This document shows, piece by piece, positions 30,150 to 43,866 of a stretch of 64,000 bases of DNA. The notes under the pieces were generated by a model. That model was given only the letters and a program-made list of their open reading frames with translations. It ran no database searches and had not been told where the DNA came from. Numbering within the stretch: position 1 is the stretch's first letter; the number at the start of each line of letters is the position of its first letter. The stretch is from Octopus sinensis (Eukaryota), in NCBI RefSeq assembly GCF_006345805.1, contig NC_043002.1:7378001-7442000 (forward strand), written 5' to 3'. Position numbers and translations under genes: made by a program.

Positions 30150-30365
30150 CTCAATTACAACTATAAAACGATATCAAAGCAAAGAGACGCAAACACACAC
30201 CCACAAAATCAACAACGCGAGGACGTGGTACATGTACATTAATAGCAGACGCTCAGGGATAGAAAAAAGATGGTTTAACGTTTCGAGCAGAGCGCTTCTT
30301 CAGGAACAGAAGAAAGTCCAATAGAAAAGGAAGACGGAGGAAGAAAATCGCTAACGATTCACATG
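30150..30365 (-). mobile_element. second copy of the 27010-27225 hammerhead-bearing repeat
   Basis: Reverse complement aligns by eye with 27010-27225. Confidence 0.7.
30273..30307 (-). ncRNA. minimal type-I hammerhead-like motif (canonical core)
   Basis: Minus strand gttc-CTGAAGA-a-gcgc(tct)gctc-GAAAC-GT-T-aaac; one mismatch each in stems I and II. Confidence 0.6.
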
Positions 30366-30367
30366 TG

Positions 30368-30411
<44 letters not shown>

Positions 30412-30485
30412 ATCAAAATAAGCAACAGGGATATCCAGTTGTAATATATATATATATATATAAAAATTTACACACAAACACAATG

Positions 30486-30653
30486 CGCTTCTTTCAGTTT
30501 CTGTCCGCTAAATTTATTCAAAAGGGTTTGTTGGGCTTGGTGTTGAAGAAAAATAAAAATTAAAAATCATTGTCCAAGGTGCCACAGAATGGGGCTAAAC
30601 CAGAGACCGTCTGGTTGAGAGGCAAACTTCTTAACCACACAGCCACACTTGCA
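30486..30653 (-). mobile_element. SINE family B head fragment
   Basis: 'cttctttcagtttc...tgtccaaggtgccac...ttaaccacacagccac'. Confidence 0.65.
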
Positions 30654-30666
30654 AAAACACATATAC

Positions 30667-30710
<44 letters not shown>

Positions 30711-30712
<2 letters not shown>

Positions 30713-30805
30713 TAGTTAGTTAGTTAGTTAGTTAATTTGGCTCAAAAGCAAATACCAAGGCCATGTAAGGGGACATGGAGTTAAGTACAGGGTGGTGTTC
30801 ATGTA
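30711..30805 (-). mobile_element. CR1/L2-type LINE extreme 3' end with (TAAC)n tail
   Basis: Near-identical to 57400-57490: 'gttagttaatttggctcaaaagcaaa..caaggccatgta.ggggacatggagttaagtacagggtggt'. Confidence 0.85.
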
Positions 30806-30813
30806 TATATAGA

Positions 30814-31119
30814 GGCGCAATGGCCTAGTGGTTAAGGCAGCGGACTCGCGGTCGTAGGATCGCGGTTTCGATTCCCAGACCGGGCGTTGTGTGTGTTTAT
30901 TGAGCAAAAACACCTAAAAGCTCCACGATGCTCCGGCAGGGGGTGGTGATCCCTGCTGTACTCTTTCGCCACAACTTTCTCTCACTCTTTCTTCTGTTGG
31001 CCTACTCGCTTAGCCAGCGGGGTGGCGTCATTTGAAGGCTAAAACAATGCGAAGCGCATTGTGACCAGCGATGTGTAATAACATCTGATGGCCTGGTCGG
31101 TCACGGTGATCACGGTGAT
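30814..31119 (+). mobile_element. tRNA-derived SINE family D
   Basis: tRNA-like head 'ggcgcaatggcctagtggttaaggcagcggactcgcggtcgtaggatcgcggtttcgattccc' with A and B boxes; about 230 nt unique body; tail (cacggtgat)2 running into (TA)n. Confidence 0.8.
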
Positions 31120-31233
31120 ATATATATATATAGGGACGTAGCTTCAACCGTGTTCTTTTTGATGTGAATTTTCTACCCAGGTATCGGTTATCTTTCGAAT
31201 TATCCTTAATAAGATAATTCATTCAACTACTCA

Positions 31234-31278
<45 letters not shown>

Positions 31279-31658
31279 AGACACATGCACACACATACAT
31301 ACATATTTATATATTACATACATGCATACATTTGCTTGTGTGATTCAGCCAACAGACCATAAAACTATAGACGTGCAAAATATAGGAAAACTAAATAAGT
31401 GCAGTCGTATTCAATACACGAACTGCTGGTATCTTACTTATAATCATTACCATACTGTTGCTACTTTACTATTATGACTTACTCTGATCGTTGTCATCAT
31501 TATTACTGTTGTTGCTGGCTTCTTTATATTAGATTATTATCACTAATTAAAGCTGAGAAGATGTTGAAGCAGAATTTGCTAGATATATTTAGAAAGGGCA
31601 AGGAGTGGTTTTGGGGAAATTCGATGAATACCTGAACATACATAGGAGAAAATAGTGG

Positions 31659-32063
31659 GGATCTTTTCGGTTTGAACGGCAGTTTTTTAAAAATAATTTC
31701 CACGTAACTAAACACTTTTAAACTTCGTTTATAAAACATCTTTTTCTCTTGGCTTTATTGAGAAAATTCTATAGTTTGTAAGATATTTGTTGTTTTTTTT
31801 CTTCAATTTCTGCGATTTCAACCAATCAATGCCGTCTATTGAGGTGAAAACATTCTGTGCCGTATGAATATGTCCCTCGTTTAAGAAACAGAATGGGTTT
31901 ATTTACATTTCTGAAGATAAAAAAGATACCCTTGCACCACCCCTAACCCTAACTAACCCTAAAACAGATTGAAATGCAATAGATCGATTCTAGGGTCATA
32001 ATTATGGGTGACAATTTCATATGACAGCGCTAGAAGAAACTGCCGTTCAAACCGAAAAGATCC
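31659..32063. mobile_element. MITE with 27-bp perfect TIRs and internal telomere-like repeats
   Basis: TIR ggatcttttcggtttgaacggcagttt at 31659-31685 and its reverse complement at 32037-32063; internal 'ccctaaccctaactaaccctaa'. Confidence 0.85.
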
Positions 32064-32388
32064 ACTAGTGGAGAATTATTAGCGAGTAGAACACAGAGAA
32101 TGGGTGCTTAAATAAACCTATTGAATAGGACCTATTGGTGCTTGCCTGGCCTGTCTGCTAGCAGGAATAACTAGATCTCCCTCAAAGCCTATGAATAAGA
32201 AAACCAAAATAAAAAAGGAAAGATAAAAAGGATCGGATATACTGGATGATGTAGACCTAGATGTCACCACCCGACAATTATGAATGAATACGGGATCATC
32301 TGAAGTGGAACGATTTTGAAACTAAATATGTTGGTTAGGAATCACCTGAGAATATATTTGGTGGGGGTGTCCCGCCGGCAGGAAACGA

Positions 32389-32601
32389 TACTCTTTTACT
32401 CTTTTACTTGTTTCAGTCATTTGACTGCGGCCATACTGGAGCACCGCCTTTAGTCGAGCAAATCGACCCCGGGACTTATTCTTTGTAAGCCCAGTACTTA
32501 TTCTATCGGTCCCTCTTTTGCCGAACCGCTAAGTAACGGGGACGTAAACACACCAGCATCGGTTGTCAAGCAATGCTAGGGAGACAAACACAGACACACA
32601 A

Positions 32602-32635
<34 letters not shown>

Positions 32636-32772
32636 GACAGGCTTCTTTCAGTTTCTGTCTACCAAATCCACTCACAAGGCATTGGTCGGCCCGGGGCTAT
32701 AGCAGAAGACACTTGCCCAAGATGCCACGCAGTGGGACTGAACCCGGAACCATGTGGTTGGTTAGCAAGCTC
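32389..32772 (-). mobile_element. SINE family B, near full length
   Basis: Tail (cttttact)2-'tgtttcagtcatttgac' to head 'catgtggttggttagcaagc'. Confidence 0.85.
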
Positions 32773-33348
32773 TTTTTTAAAATCAAAACTTATACTTTCT
32801 GACAAAAAGAAAAGCGGTCGCGGGAAAGGCGGGGTGCAGAAAATAATGCAATCATAAAACAAGGCCAGGTGAAACAAATAAAAAACACCAAAAACTCAAG
32901 ATGATAAGGGTTGGAATATATTTTTTACCATAGGAGTTGCTCAATCAACGCTTATCTGCGGGCTTAATCAACAACCTTTGAAATAAATTAGGTATAATAA
33001 CAATATATTTGATGTGTCTGTGAGGAATATGTACGTTCAGTTGAGTTTAAATAACCGTTTCCGTCTACTTCCGGCTTTCATTATTTTAAAACTTTGTCGT
33101 ATTTGATGAAGAGAATATATTTTTTTTTGTGCTTTCCTTGATAAACAAAAGATATACACAGATAGATAATACATACATGTAGTGTGTATGTTTCAAGATG
33201 TGTGTGCGTGTATGTGTGGGTTTTATGTGCGTGTGTCTGTATGTGGGGGTTTCTGTGTGTATAAATATGTTTATATACACGTGTGTGTATGTATATATGT
33301 GCATATATTTATATGGATATACACTGACAAATATGTTTATACATTTGT

Positions 33349-33385
<37 letters not shown>

Positions 33386-34045
33386 CACAAATTTATACAT
33401 GAGTAATCCTTTCTACTATAGACCTGAAAGTTTTTAGAGAAGTGGTTTAGTAGATTACATTGATCTCAATACTCAATTTATTTCCTCGACTCCGAAAGGA
33501 TGGAAAAAAAATTGCCCCCCGGCAGAATTTGAACTCAAATACATAGACAATAACATGCACGCAATCGCAAACACACACACACACACACACATACATATAT
33601 ATATTTCTAATCATGGGATACCACCGGTAATGCATATGTGTGCATACATTACAGATTGACGGAATACTGGAGATGCTCATAGCAGACAAATCTTAAATTG
33701 ATATCACAGTGTGACCATGCATGCGTGTGAGTGCGCGCTCTTGCGTGCGTACGTGTATGTGTGAGTATCACTGTTGCAGCCATTTGACAGCGGTCATACT
33801 GGGGCACAAACTTTAAAGTAATTCCTCTGTTGAAACTATCCGAAATATTTGGTCTGGTGCTCATTACTTTATCGGACTATATTTACCCAACTGTTTCGGT
33901 TAGATGTTTACCTCCCCTTATTAACGTTTATACCGAAAGACAATTACACCGATTTCAACGGTGTACACAGCTACAGAAAACGTCATACATACATACATAT
34001 ACGAGGTGTATATATATATATACATATATATATGTGTGTATATAT

Positions 34046-34092
<47 letters not shown>

Positions 34093-34826
34093 GTACGTGT
34101 ATTTGTCAGTATCGATGTATGTGTGTGTGTATATATAGAAATGTACTTCGCAGCATTTTGTCAAGTCTGAGTTCAAATTCCGCCGAGGTCTACTTTGCCT
34201 TTCATCCTTTCGAGGTCGATAAAATGATGTAATCGACTACCCCCCTCCCCCAAATTTCAGGCCTTGTACCTATAGTGGAAGGGATGATCATCATCATCAT
34301 CATTATTATTATTAGCAAAAGCAACAAAGTGACTCAAACGTCAAGAGTTTCTAGCTAGATGTAATTGAACATATTTCTTGTATTAAAAGATTTCGGTTAG
34401 GTTATAAAATAGTCAAAGATAGTAAAAAATTATCTTAATTGTTCAAGCAAGTAGTACAAGACCCAGTGCGAATCGGATGAACTGGAATTCAAAATGTAAA
34501 GACCTGATATAAGTATCGCATATCTGTCTTGTTTACCTTCCTAGTTGGTTTGCCAAACTGGATCTGTGCTCAGCTACTGCAATAATATTAATACTACATC
34601 ATATGTAAGTCTTTTAGTAGAATTCCATCCACATCTACATGATTTTTTTTCTCTCTGAGGGAATATTAAATCGTTACCGCACTTGGCTGCATAAACACTC
34701 ACAAATGCAAATTAGACCGCCACTACAAGATTCCAACTCGGAACATTAGGGCCATAACCAAATAGTACAGAAATCCTTTTTATTTATCCGACGTATAACA
34801 ACAACTACAACAACAACAGCTACTAT

Positions 34827-34861
<35 letters not shown>

Positions 34862-35713
34862 GGTGAAGAAATAAAATGAGGTATCTTGCTGCTATGTATC
34901 TTGGTTCAGAAATGGCCGAGATGACAACGTGGTTCATTGGTAAATTAGAACCAGTATACTTTAGCCAATTAAACTGACGATTTTTCCCGTACTCCGATCA
35001 AATAAGTCTGTGTTCAAACTGTACTCCAGCTTCAACCATCAAATTTTTCTTGATTTATTAAGGCCCCTTATTTATCTCGGATCATTTTTAATGTATCGAA
35101 TCTTCAACTCTTTTTTGAAGGAGATAAAACCTGGCTTGGAGATATGGCGGCCAATTATAGTAGGTCGTGCAACAATTGAGTCGATCTCACTTTAGGCAGT
35201 AGTAGTAGTAGTAGTAGTAATAAATAACTAGGCAACACTCCTAGTAGTTATAGTAAAACATAATAGCGGGAAAAAAATATTACAACCCGAGCAGTCTTTG
35301 AATTATATATTTGTTTACTGGGATGTGTGATGTGCGAAAAGATTTGAAACGGGAGGCCAGTCGCGCTAAATGTTTGAGAGGAAAAAAAATATATGGAAGC
35401 CAGTTCTGTCGGCATAGCACTAAGTTCACTTCGCTGTGTGTGTGTGTGTGGGGGGGGTTAATAGTTAAAACAATAAAGGAAACAATATTACCACCACTAA
35501 TAACAATAATATGTTCTTTGAGTATTTGTGACACAGTTCGCTACAATCCACTGGACCCAACAAACTAAACTGTGGAAAGAATCGATAAACAACAAAGCTA
35601 TTTCATTTTTATAAGTGTCATATGTAAAAGTAATAGTATTAGTACCTGGATTAGAAACAGGAGTTATTCCGTGCATGGACTAGATATCACAGTATGTGCA
35701 CATAATATATATA

Positions 35714-35762
<49 letters not shown>

Positions 35763-36062
35763 CATACAGATAAGCACTCACAGATACATATACATACACA
35801 CACACATAAGTGCCAACTCGGTGCTGAACTGTAATAAACAAATACATTTTATGACGTGTAGTATCTGTGTTATGTATTGAGTACTCGAGCGAATCGACAA
35901 TTTTTAATGGGATACTTCCACCTGCTAGAAATAGCACACGGCTGTCTTTAAAAATAATATACGCCAGCCCAATGGCAGTCTCTGCGCTATGCTAAAAGAA
36001 CACTTTCATTAACAATAACGTGTTTTGATTTCTCTTTGTTGGTAACACACTACAACTAATGC

Positions 36063-36093
<31 letters not shown>

Positions 36094-36359
36094 TATGACT
36101 CCTGATTATATTCGTGGAAGTAATGACGGACATTTTGAATCACACTCAATTTATTGGTTAATGTTTTGTACTATAAACTGGCAAAATGTTTCAACTTATG
36201 CATTATATATAATATATATATATATATATATACATATATATACATATATTTATATATATATATAAATATGGGAGTAGGTGTATATTTATTTATGTGTATG
36301 TACCTGCGTGGGAGTATTCTTCTTCTTCTTCTTATTATTATTATTATTATTATTATTTA

Positions 36360-36575
36360 GGCGGTGTACTGGTAGAATCTTTAGCAGGTTAGGCAAAATA
36401 CTTAGCGGTATTTCGTCCGATTTTACGTTCTGAGTTCAAATTTCGCCGAGGTCGACCTTGCCTTTCATCCTTTCGGGGTCGATGAATTAAGTACAAGTGA
36501 AATACTGGGGTCGATGTAATCGACTAATCCCCCTAAATTTCAGGCCTTGTACCTTTAATAGAATGGATTATTATT
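36360..36575 (+). mobile_element. SINE family A with alternative tail 2
   Basis: A head and core followed by 'ccccctaaatttcaggccttgtacctttaatagaatggattattatt' instead of tail 1; similar copies at ~34140-34310, 37684-37870 and (minus) ~53900-54050. Confidence 0.75.
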
Positions 36576-38614
36576 ATTCCAGTATGAAAATGTATTGACA
36601 TCAGGTTTTCACTTAATATTTTTTGATATGACTTAGTGAGTAGGGAGAAAATGCTATGGCCATTTGGTGGCATTCTAAGACTGGTAGATGGAAATTATTT
36701 TATGACCAGTGTCTTAGTGTCCAAATAATTGATTCACTTCACCCAATAACCAGGTAGATGTGTTAAATAAGATAACGTACTAATTCATTCTCCTCAAAAG
36801 ATGAAACGATTTTTTTTCGGACTTTCGCACACCAAATAACACTTCCATCCATATTACACTCACTTCCAAGAATTTAGTGAAAGATATACATTTGCCCATG
36901 GAGTTTCTCAGCAGGATCGAACACGATCCGAAATCGCAGTGTTGTTAAAGAACTTTTCAAACTGTGACGCTTGGTGATACTTTAATGGTAACATGTGCCG
37001 ATCCCTGACCTTATACATACGACTATAAGCCGTCGAGCTGGCAGAATCGTTAGTTGATCACTGGGATAGATGTAATCCACTAGCCCTCTACACATACAAA
37101 AACAGAGACGAATTATTCAGGCCTTGTGCCTTTAGTAGAAAGAATTATATGATTACTGTGGCTACCTATCCACTGGGATAGGTAGCCACACACCAATAAT
37201 TACCAATAAAATTTATCTAGCGATTCATCCGTTCCTTTATTTACCCGTTCGTCTCTGTGTCCAATCTGTTTCTGATTCGTTTATTTCATTTTAGATGTTT
37301 TATTTATTTATACATATACTTGAAAAAGAGTGTTCTTACCCAGATGCAATACAGGAGTGTAACTTGGTAAAACAAGTCAAAACAAAAGTCAACAATTCAA
37401 AGCCATATAACTAAAATCGGTACATATGTACAAGGATGTACTTTCTTTCCATTTTGTGTCTTATAAAAATGAAAGAATTATATTAAAATTAGATTTGTTA
37501 TTTGCATTCATTTATGTAGTACTGATTTCAAAGTTTGGCACAAGGCCAGCAATTTTGTAATTTTGTGGGGGGAGAGGGTAAGCCGCTTGCATCAATTGGT
37601 ATATATTTTATCGACTCCTAAAGGCGTGCTAATGTTTCTACAGCTCGCCGCCTTCTTCATTTATATAACATTAAGCACACGCCGAGGCGGCGAGCTGTCA
37701 GAATTATCACGCCTAACGGCATTTCTTTCGCTTTTGTATCCTGAATTCAACTTCCGCCAAGGTCGATTTTACCTTTCGTCCCTTTCGGGATCGCTAAACT
37801 AAGTACCAGCTGAACACTGGGGCTGATGGCTGATGTAATTTCAGCCCTTGTACCTATTATAGAAAAACAATTAGGCATACATTGCACGCCTTGCATTCGT
37901 ACAGGAAACCCTGCTGCTGCACCAACATTCTTTATGTCATAGAAACTTAGTAAGATCGTTTGAACTGTTAGAAATAGTAGCCATGGGTGATTACATTTAG
38001 AACACCTCCGATTTTAGTTCTGCTCGATCAAGATCGTCCTGTACTAAATACGCGAGAGAATATCAAAGCCAAGAATGTGCAATGTTTTTCGAGCAGCAGA
38101 AGACATGGTTCATCACCATTCGGGCTGCGCTACTAAATAAAATTCAAAGTAATTTTTCGTCAGGCGCGCCAATCAGCAAGTCTCGCAGGTCGCAGTTTGC
38201 CCAAGCTATGGATCAGACTGCTAGAAATAGCAACTACATATCTATCTCTCAAATTACCCGCTGCCAGTTATAAATAAAATGAAGGACATATTGGAGAAAT
38301 GTATTCCAAAATACACGTATGGATGAAAATAAGATGGTGATGGTCATGGATGGAAATTACTTCGGTCCTAATTATTTCCCCCCGACCAGAGCTGCCCTGA
38401 AGCCAAATAACTACAACGACAACAACACACATACTCTCTCTCATACACACATACATACACACCCTACATTAAATAAACAACGTTACAGTATTATTACTCT
38501 CAAGAGTATAACGGTATATGAACCTTTGAATTAAATTAAATGCCAGCACAAGTCAAGCAAATCTATATACACCAGCTCTGATTTCGATGACGATGACGGT
38601 AATGGTGAGGACGA

Positions 38615-38657
<43 letters not shown>

Positions 38658-38759
38658 ACAATTTCATGGCGGATCTGGTTTCTCCAGTCTCGTCAAAATT
38701 CATGTATTATTTATAAAATCCCATAAATAAATATTGTTCTTCCTCTTAGTGTGGCATAA

Positions 38760-38925
38760 TAAAAATGATAATGTTAATAATAATAATAATAATAATAACA
38801 ATAATAATAATAAATGATAATATAATAATAATAATAATAATAATAAATGATAATAATAATAATAATAATAATAATAAATGATAATAATAATAATAATAAT
38901 AATAATAAATGATAATAATAATAAT

Positions 38926-38963
<38 letters not shown>

Positions 38964-38965
38964 TA
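38760..38965. repeat. (AAT)n microsatellite with periodic 'aaatg' interruptions
   Basis: Read directly from the sequence. Confidence 0.95.
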
Positions 38966-39317
38966 GTATAAAAGTATTAGACGAAATATTTACAAAGAAG
39001 CGTATTTCTGGTTAGCCAATTACTTGACAAGTTAGAAACAGTAGCCAAATACCCATCAAGTGACATTTTATAATCTTAAGAAAACAAGAAGATGACGTAA
39101 AGGTTAACATTAGATTTTGTGGAGTGGATTTTTTTTAAATGCACAAGCTAAAAACGGGATGGTCATGGCTGGAATACCTTTGAGTCGACCTGTGACTACA
39201 GAACAACAAATGCAGATATGAAATACTTAGTTTCTTTTATCATATTTTCTGTTCGAATGGGGTCAAGTTTAAATTAGCTTCTCATTTCCTTGGAACCGAT
39301 AAAATACTAGATACATA

Positions 39318-39665
39318 GGTGCAGGCGTAGCTGCATGTTTAAGATGCTTGCTACCCAACTATGTAGTCCCGGGTTCAGTCCCACAGCGCGGCATCTCGGA
39401 CAAGTGTCTTCTGCTATTGCTCCGGACCAATCAATGGATTTAGTTGAAGGAAGCTGAAAGAAGCCCGTCATACACGTACACGCGAGTGCGCACACATATG
39501 TATGTAGATGTGTGTGGGTACGCGTATGTTTGTTTGTCTTGACATTATGTGATGGTTATAAACGAACAGCAGCGTCATACAAGCGGTGTTGTTCGTTTCC
39601 ATCTTCCATGAAAAACATATATGAGCAGTGGAGAAATATTACCTTGCTTGGAAGCAAGTGAGGGC
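39318..39665 (+). mobile_element. SINE family B head joined to 3' module B2
   Basis: Head 'ggtgcaggcgtagctg...gggttcagtcccac...ggacaagtgtcttc' followed by 'cgtcatacaagcggtg...aaatattaccttgcttgg'. Confidence 0.6.
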
Positions 39666-40282
39666 CGGTGACCACTTGGATAACCGGTAGATCTCGGACC
39701 AAATGCTTCGTATTATTTTGTTAACACCCTTTACGTTCTGTGATTAAATTATACCCTGGTGCCAAGATAGCATTTTTACCAAATATGTAGCTGCGTGACA
39801 ATATCAAACTGTTACAGTCATAATCATCATAATCGTCATAATTATCCGGTAGCCAATTGGGTTTGAAATTTGCATCTCAGGCCTCTGATTCGTTTCATAT
39901 CTAAAGCATGTGCATCATACTCTCTTTTCACTTAGACTGCCATTTGGTAAACAAGAAGTAGTGGTGTTAAAGCGGGTGACTTATTAAGTCGGTTAGTGTT
40001 GATCCTGGGTCAATTTTGATCAAACAATTCTATGATCTAATCAAAAGTATTCCCCAAACCTGATTATTTCACTTGTCTTTTTGAGTATCCGGGACAATTT
40101 TATGCAATGTGTCATTAACTGGTTATTCTTGTTGTTAAGCGCCAGGTCAGTTTTGATTGCGCAAACCTATGATCAAAAGTATTCCAATTGTGACCATCCC
40201 GTCTTTTCCTTATATGTAGGGATATCAAATGTGCCATTTTGTCAAACGATAGAGTGTGCAAGCTGAGGGAGATTTGGGCGCC

Positions 40283-40519
40283 ATTTCTTATTTCTTTACT
40301 GCCCACAAGGGGTTAAACATAGAGGAGACACACAAGGACAGACAAAGCGATTAAGTCGATTACATCGACCCCGGAGCGTAACTGGTACTTATTTAATCGA
40401 CTCCGAAAGGATGAAAGGCAAAGTCGACCTCGGCGGAATTTGAACTCAGAACGTAGCAGCAGACGAAATGGCGCTGAGCAATTCTCCCGGCGTGCTAACG
40501 CTTCTGCCAACTTGCCGCC
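40283..40519 (-). mobile_element. SINE family A monomer inserted in a family C repeat
   Basis: Full reverse complement of the A consensus; the left flank is the family C motif 'gagggagatttgg..ctatttc'. Confidence 0.88.
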
Positions 40520-41164
40520 ACTAGAAATAGCACCTTTGGGCGCTATTTCGTGTGAGTGGTGCAACCTTGATTAAGAAGATACGGCGTGAATATGAGGGAG
40601 ATTAGTCTGCTATTTTTCAATGGTTTGATGGACCCCATCGAAGTCTTCCCATTGCGTTCACTCTTTTAGGGTGTCTGTTGTGTCTAGACTCCTCCATCCT
40701 TTGCTTCCTCGTTTTCTTTACATCTTTATCTTCAACACCTCCTTAGTCACAGTAATGAATACGCGCGCGCGTAGGAAACTTCTGTGTTAAGTACATCTCT
40801 ATGATATGTAATATAAGTAATGCATGAGTGTGTGACATTCCAGTGAGATATAGATATTGTGTACGTCTAAGTACATCTTTGTATTCTACGGTTTTTAGAT
40901 ACGTGGTAGTTTACTAGTGTCTCATACGTTATATTGTTCTCTCAGCGCTAGGAAGATATAGTCATATCGTCAAGTTTGTGATGTCAGAGAAAATAATTAG
41001 AAAGTAAGAATAACAAATCATACACACACACACACACACACGTAATGCAAATTCATATTACATATATAAATATACTCATGCCTGCCTGTGTGCAGATGTG
41101 TGTGCGTGTATGTTTGTATGTGTGTCTGTGTATATTAGTATTATGCAGATACACGCACATACAC

Positions 41165-41218
<54 letters not shown>

Positions 41219-43321
41219 CTGGATTTAGGCCACACACACATATTTTCTGTACCAACATTTAATTTCACATCACATATCACGCAATGCTATCATCTTCCAT
41301 CTCACAATTTCCTGTGCGTTTCATTTATCGCTTAGTTGTATTTCCTTACATCATCTTTTCACTTTAACGTGTCACATTTTCATTTTACTTTTTACATGGT
41401 TTCATGAGAGATGAAGGCAAAATGCCCATTGCTAATTTTTACAGGGCCTTCCAGTCTGAAGGGATAGACGAATGTAAGAAATTCCATCCCATTGGTTGAG
41501 CTACATATTGCTGTTTAGCACTTCGTTGAACTTCGACTGAGCGAACATTCGATAAAAGACATAGCAAACCACGACCATGGGGTAAAAGCGTGTGTTTTCT
41601 AATGTGGCTTTCCTTATTCGGAACGGTTTAATAGTTTGAATTTCAAGAAGATTTAGCTGCTATTTCCAATATCGTCGGCAACCACACACGGTTGATATCG
41701 TATTAAGTGGCGGATAGTTTCTGAACTTATCTACGTGCCAGAGACATGGTTAATCCAAATAGTTCAGTGGAATGAACACCGCTAGAAGCACACAAAGGCC
41801 AAGTGATGATTCTTGTTATTTACTTCGAAGTCGTCTCTGATCAAGAGGACCTATGGTCAAATGTAGTCTGATCGAGATGACATATGGTCAAAGGTTACCA
41901 TCTCTCTTGTCTCATTGTATGGGGAACTCAAGACCATATTATACAATGAAACCTTCACTAAAACGGTTGGGAGACGATATGAGAGATATTTGCCTGCATT
42001 TGCTAACAGATCGAGCGACCACATATAGGGACCCACGTTGGTATGACTGGTGGTTCACTAACACATTTGGGTTTTGAGTTATTCACAGGGAAAAGATCCC
42101 GATATTCGGAAATGTGTAAACACCCGTAAAGGTACCCAAAGATCGCAGGTATTATGTCGGGGCAACGGCTCCGGACTACCATCCAAACTTGCAGCTTACT
42201 TCTGATAATAATGTATTCCGCTTATCAACCAAAATAACCACCATCAACAACATAGCGTAATAATAATTAATAAAACCAATTAGGTTCTTAATTGATATTA
42301 TATAAGTATTAATAACAGTAATACTAGTAGGAGAATTGCCATTATTCAATTAAGAAAATAGATTCATGGATAAGTACAAGTCTGTTGGTGTACATAAGTG
42401 CGTTTTTGTGTGCAAGTATACACCACAACATATATACACGTATATACATATATATATGTGTATGTGTGTGTGTGAGTGCGCGCGCGCGAGTGTATGTACG
42501 TATATATATATATATATATGTACATGTGTTTATGTATATATATATATATATATATGTTTATATGTATATATATATACATATATACATGCATATATATACG
42601 TATATATATAAGTATATACATATGTTATATTAGATAAAATCTATATATGAACGGATATATATATATGTATATATATACAGGTCTATATGGACGTATATGT
42701 ACATATATATGTATTATGTATGTATATATATATATATATATACATATATATATGCATGCACATACACACACACACACATGCATTTCATTCACAAATTACG
42801 AATTACAATTGTACATGTGTGTATGTGTATATATTAACATGTGTGTATTTGTAAACACACAGAGGTGCGTACGCGTGTATTTATTTTTAAAAAAAACCCA
42901 CACAAACGCACAGATATTTCCACATAATTATGGGCGCATTCATGTGTCCTTATTTGTGCAAGTATTTATATAAACATATAAGTACTTTCGAATTCCGAGA
43001 GTACGAGAAAGTATGAGGTGGGTGTGAAGAAGAGGAGGGGGAGGTTAAGAAGTGGAATAAATGAAACAAGCCTCGGATAATTAACAAGTTAAATAACAAA
43101 GTTAAGCTCTTGGGTGTGTGTTAACCGACACTGATTTGGATACCTCTCTAAATATTTAAACAGCGACTGGTAACACATTTAACTGGAACGGACTTAAATA
43201 AAATAAGCAAGACATAGCGAATACATACATACATACATACATATATATATAGAGAGACACATATATATATATAAATATATATTCGTATATATATATATGT
43301 ATATGTACACATATATAATAT

Positions 43322-43560
43322 TTTATATGTTTCAGACATTTGACTGCGGCCATGCTGGAGCACCGCTTTTAGCCGAACAGAAGCCTAATACTTATTGCAT
43401 CAATCTCTTTGCCGAATCGCTGAGTTACAGGGATGTAAACACACCAACATCGGTTCTCAAGCGATGGTGGGGGGGGGGTGGACAAACACAGACACACAAA
43501 CATGTACATATACATACATATATATATATATATAGAAAACACTTGCCCAAGGTACCATAG
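43322..43560 (-). mobile_element. SINE family B, 3' half plus core remnant
   Basis: 'tgtttcagacatttgactgcggccatgctggagcaccgc...cacttgcccaaggtacc'. Confidence 0.75.
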
Positions 43561-43830
43561 ACACGTATATGTAAATATACAAACAATATTATATAGACTT
43601 ATATGAATATACACATACATTTCTATATAGATACATATGTGTAAATATAATTACATACAAATATATATACATATACTATATAGGTGTGCGCGCGCGCGCA
43701 CGCGCGTGATTACATACTTGTATGTGCAAACATACGATATATATAACCACACACAAACACACATAGCACGAGCTAGATACTGATACAAGTTAAACAAATT
43801 ATATATATATATATATATATTAATATATAT

Positions 43831-43866
<36 letters not shown>

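Noticed and set aside
30814-30890. Possible tRNA gene
   Set aside because: The acceptor and anticodon stems do not pair properly, and the sequence continues into a SINE body and tail.
33052-33090. Minus-strand 'ataatgaaagccggaagtagacggaaacggt', hammerhead-like
   Set aside because: Needs several substitutions and a deletion to fit; not distinguishable from chance.
38268-38462. Apparent minus-strand exon (LQGSSGRGEIIRTEVISIHDHHH) after a cag
   Set aside because: The sequence is a decayed copy of dispersed repeat family C ('gttatttggcttcagggcagctctggtcg...ccatgaccatc').
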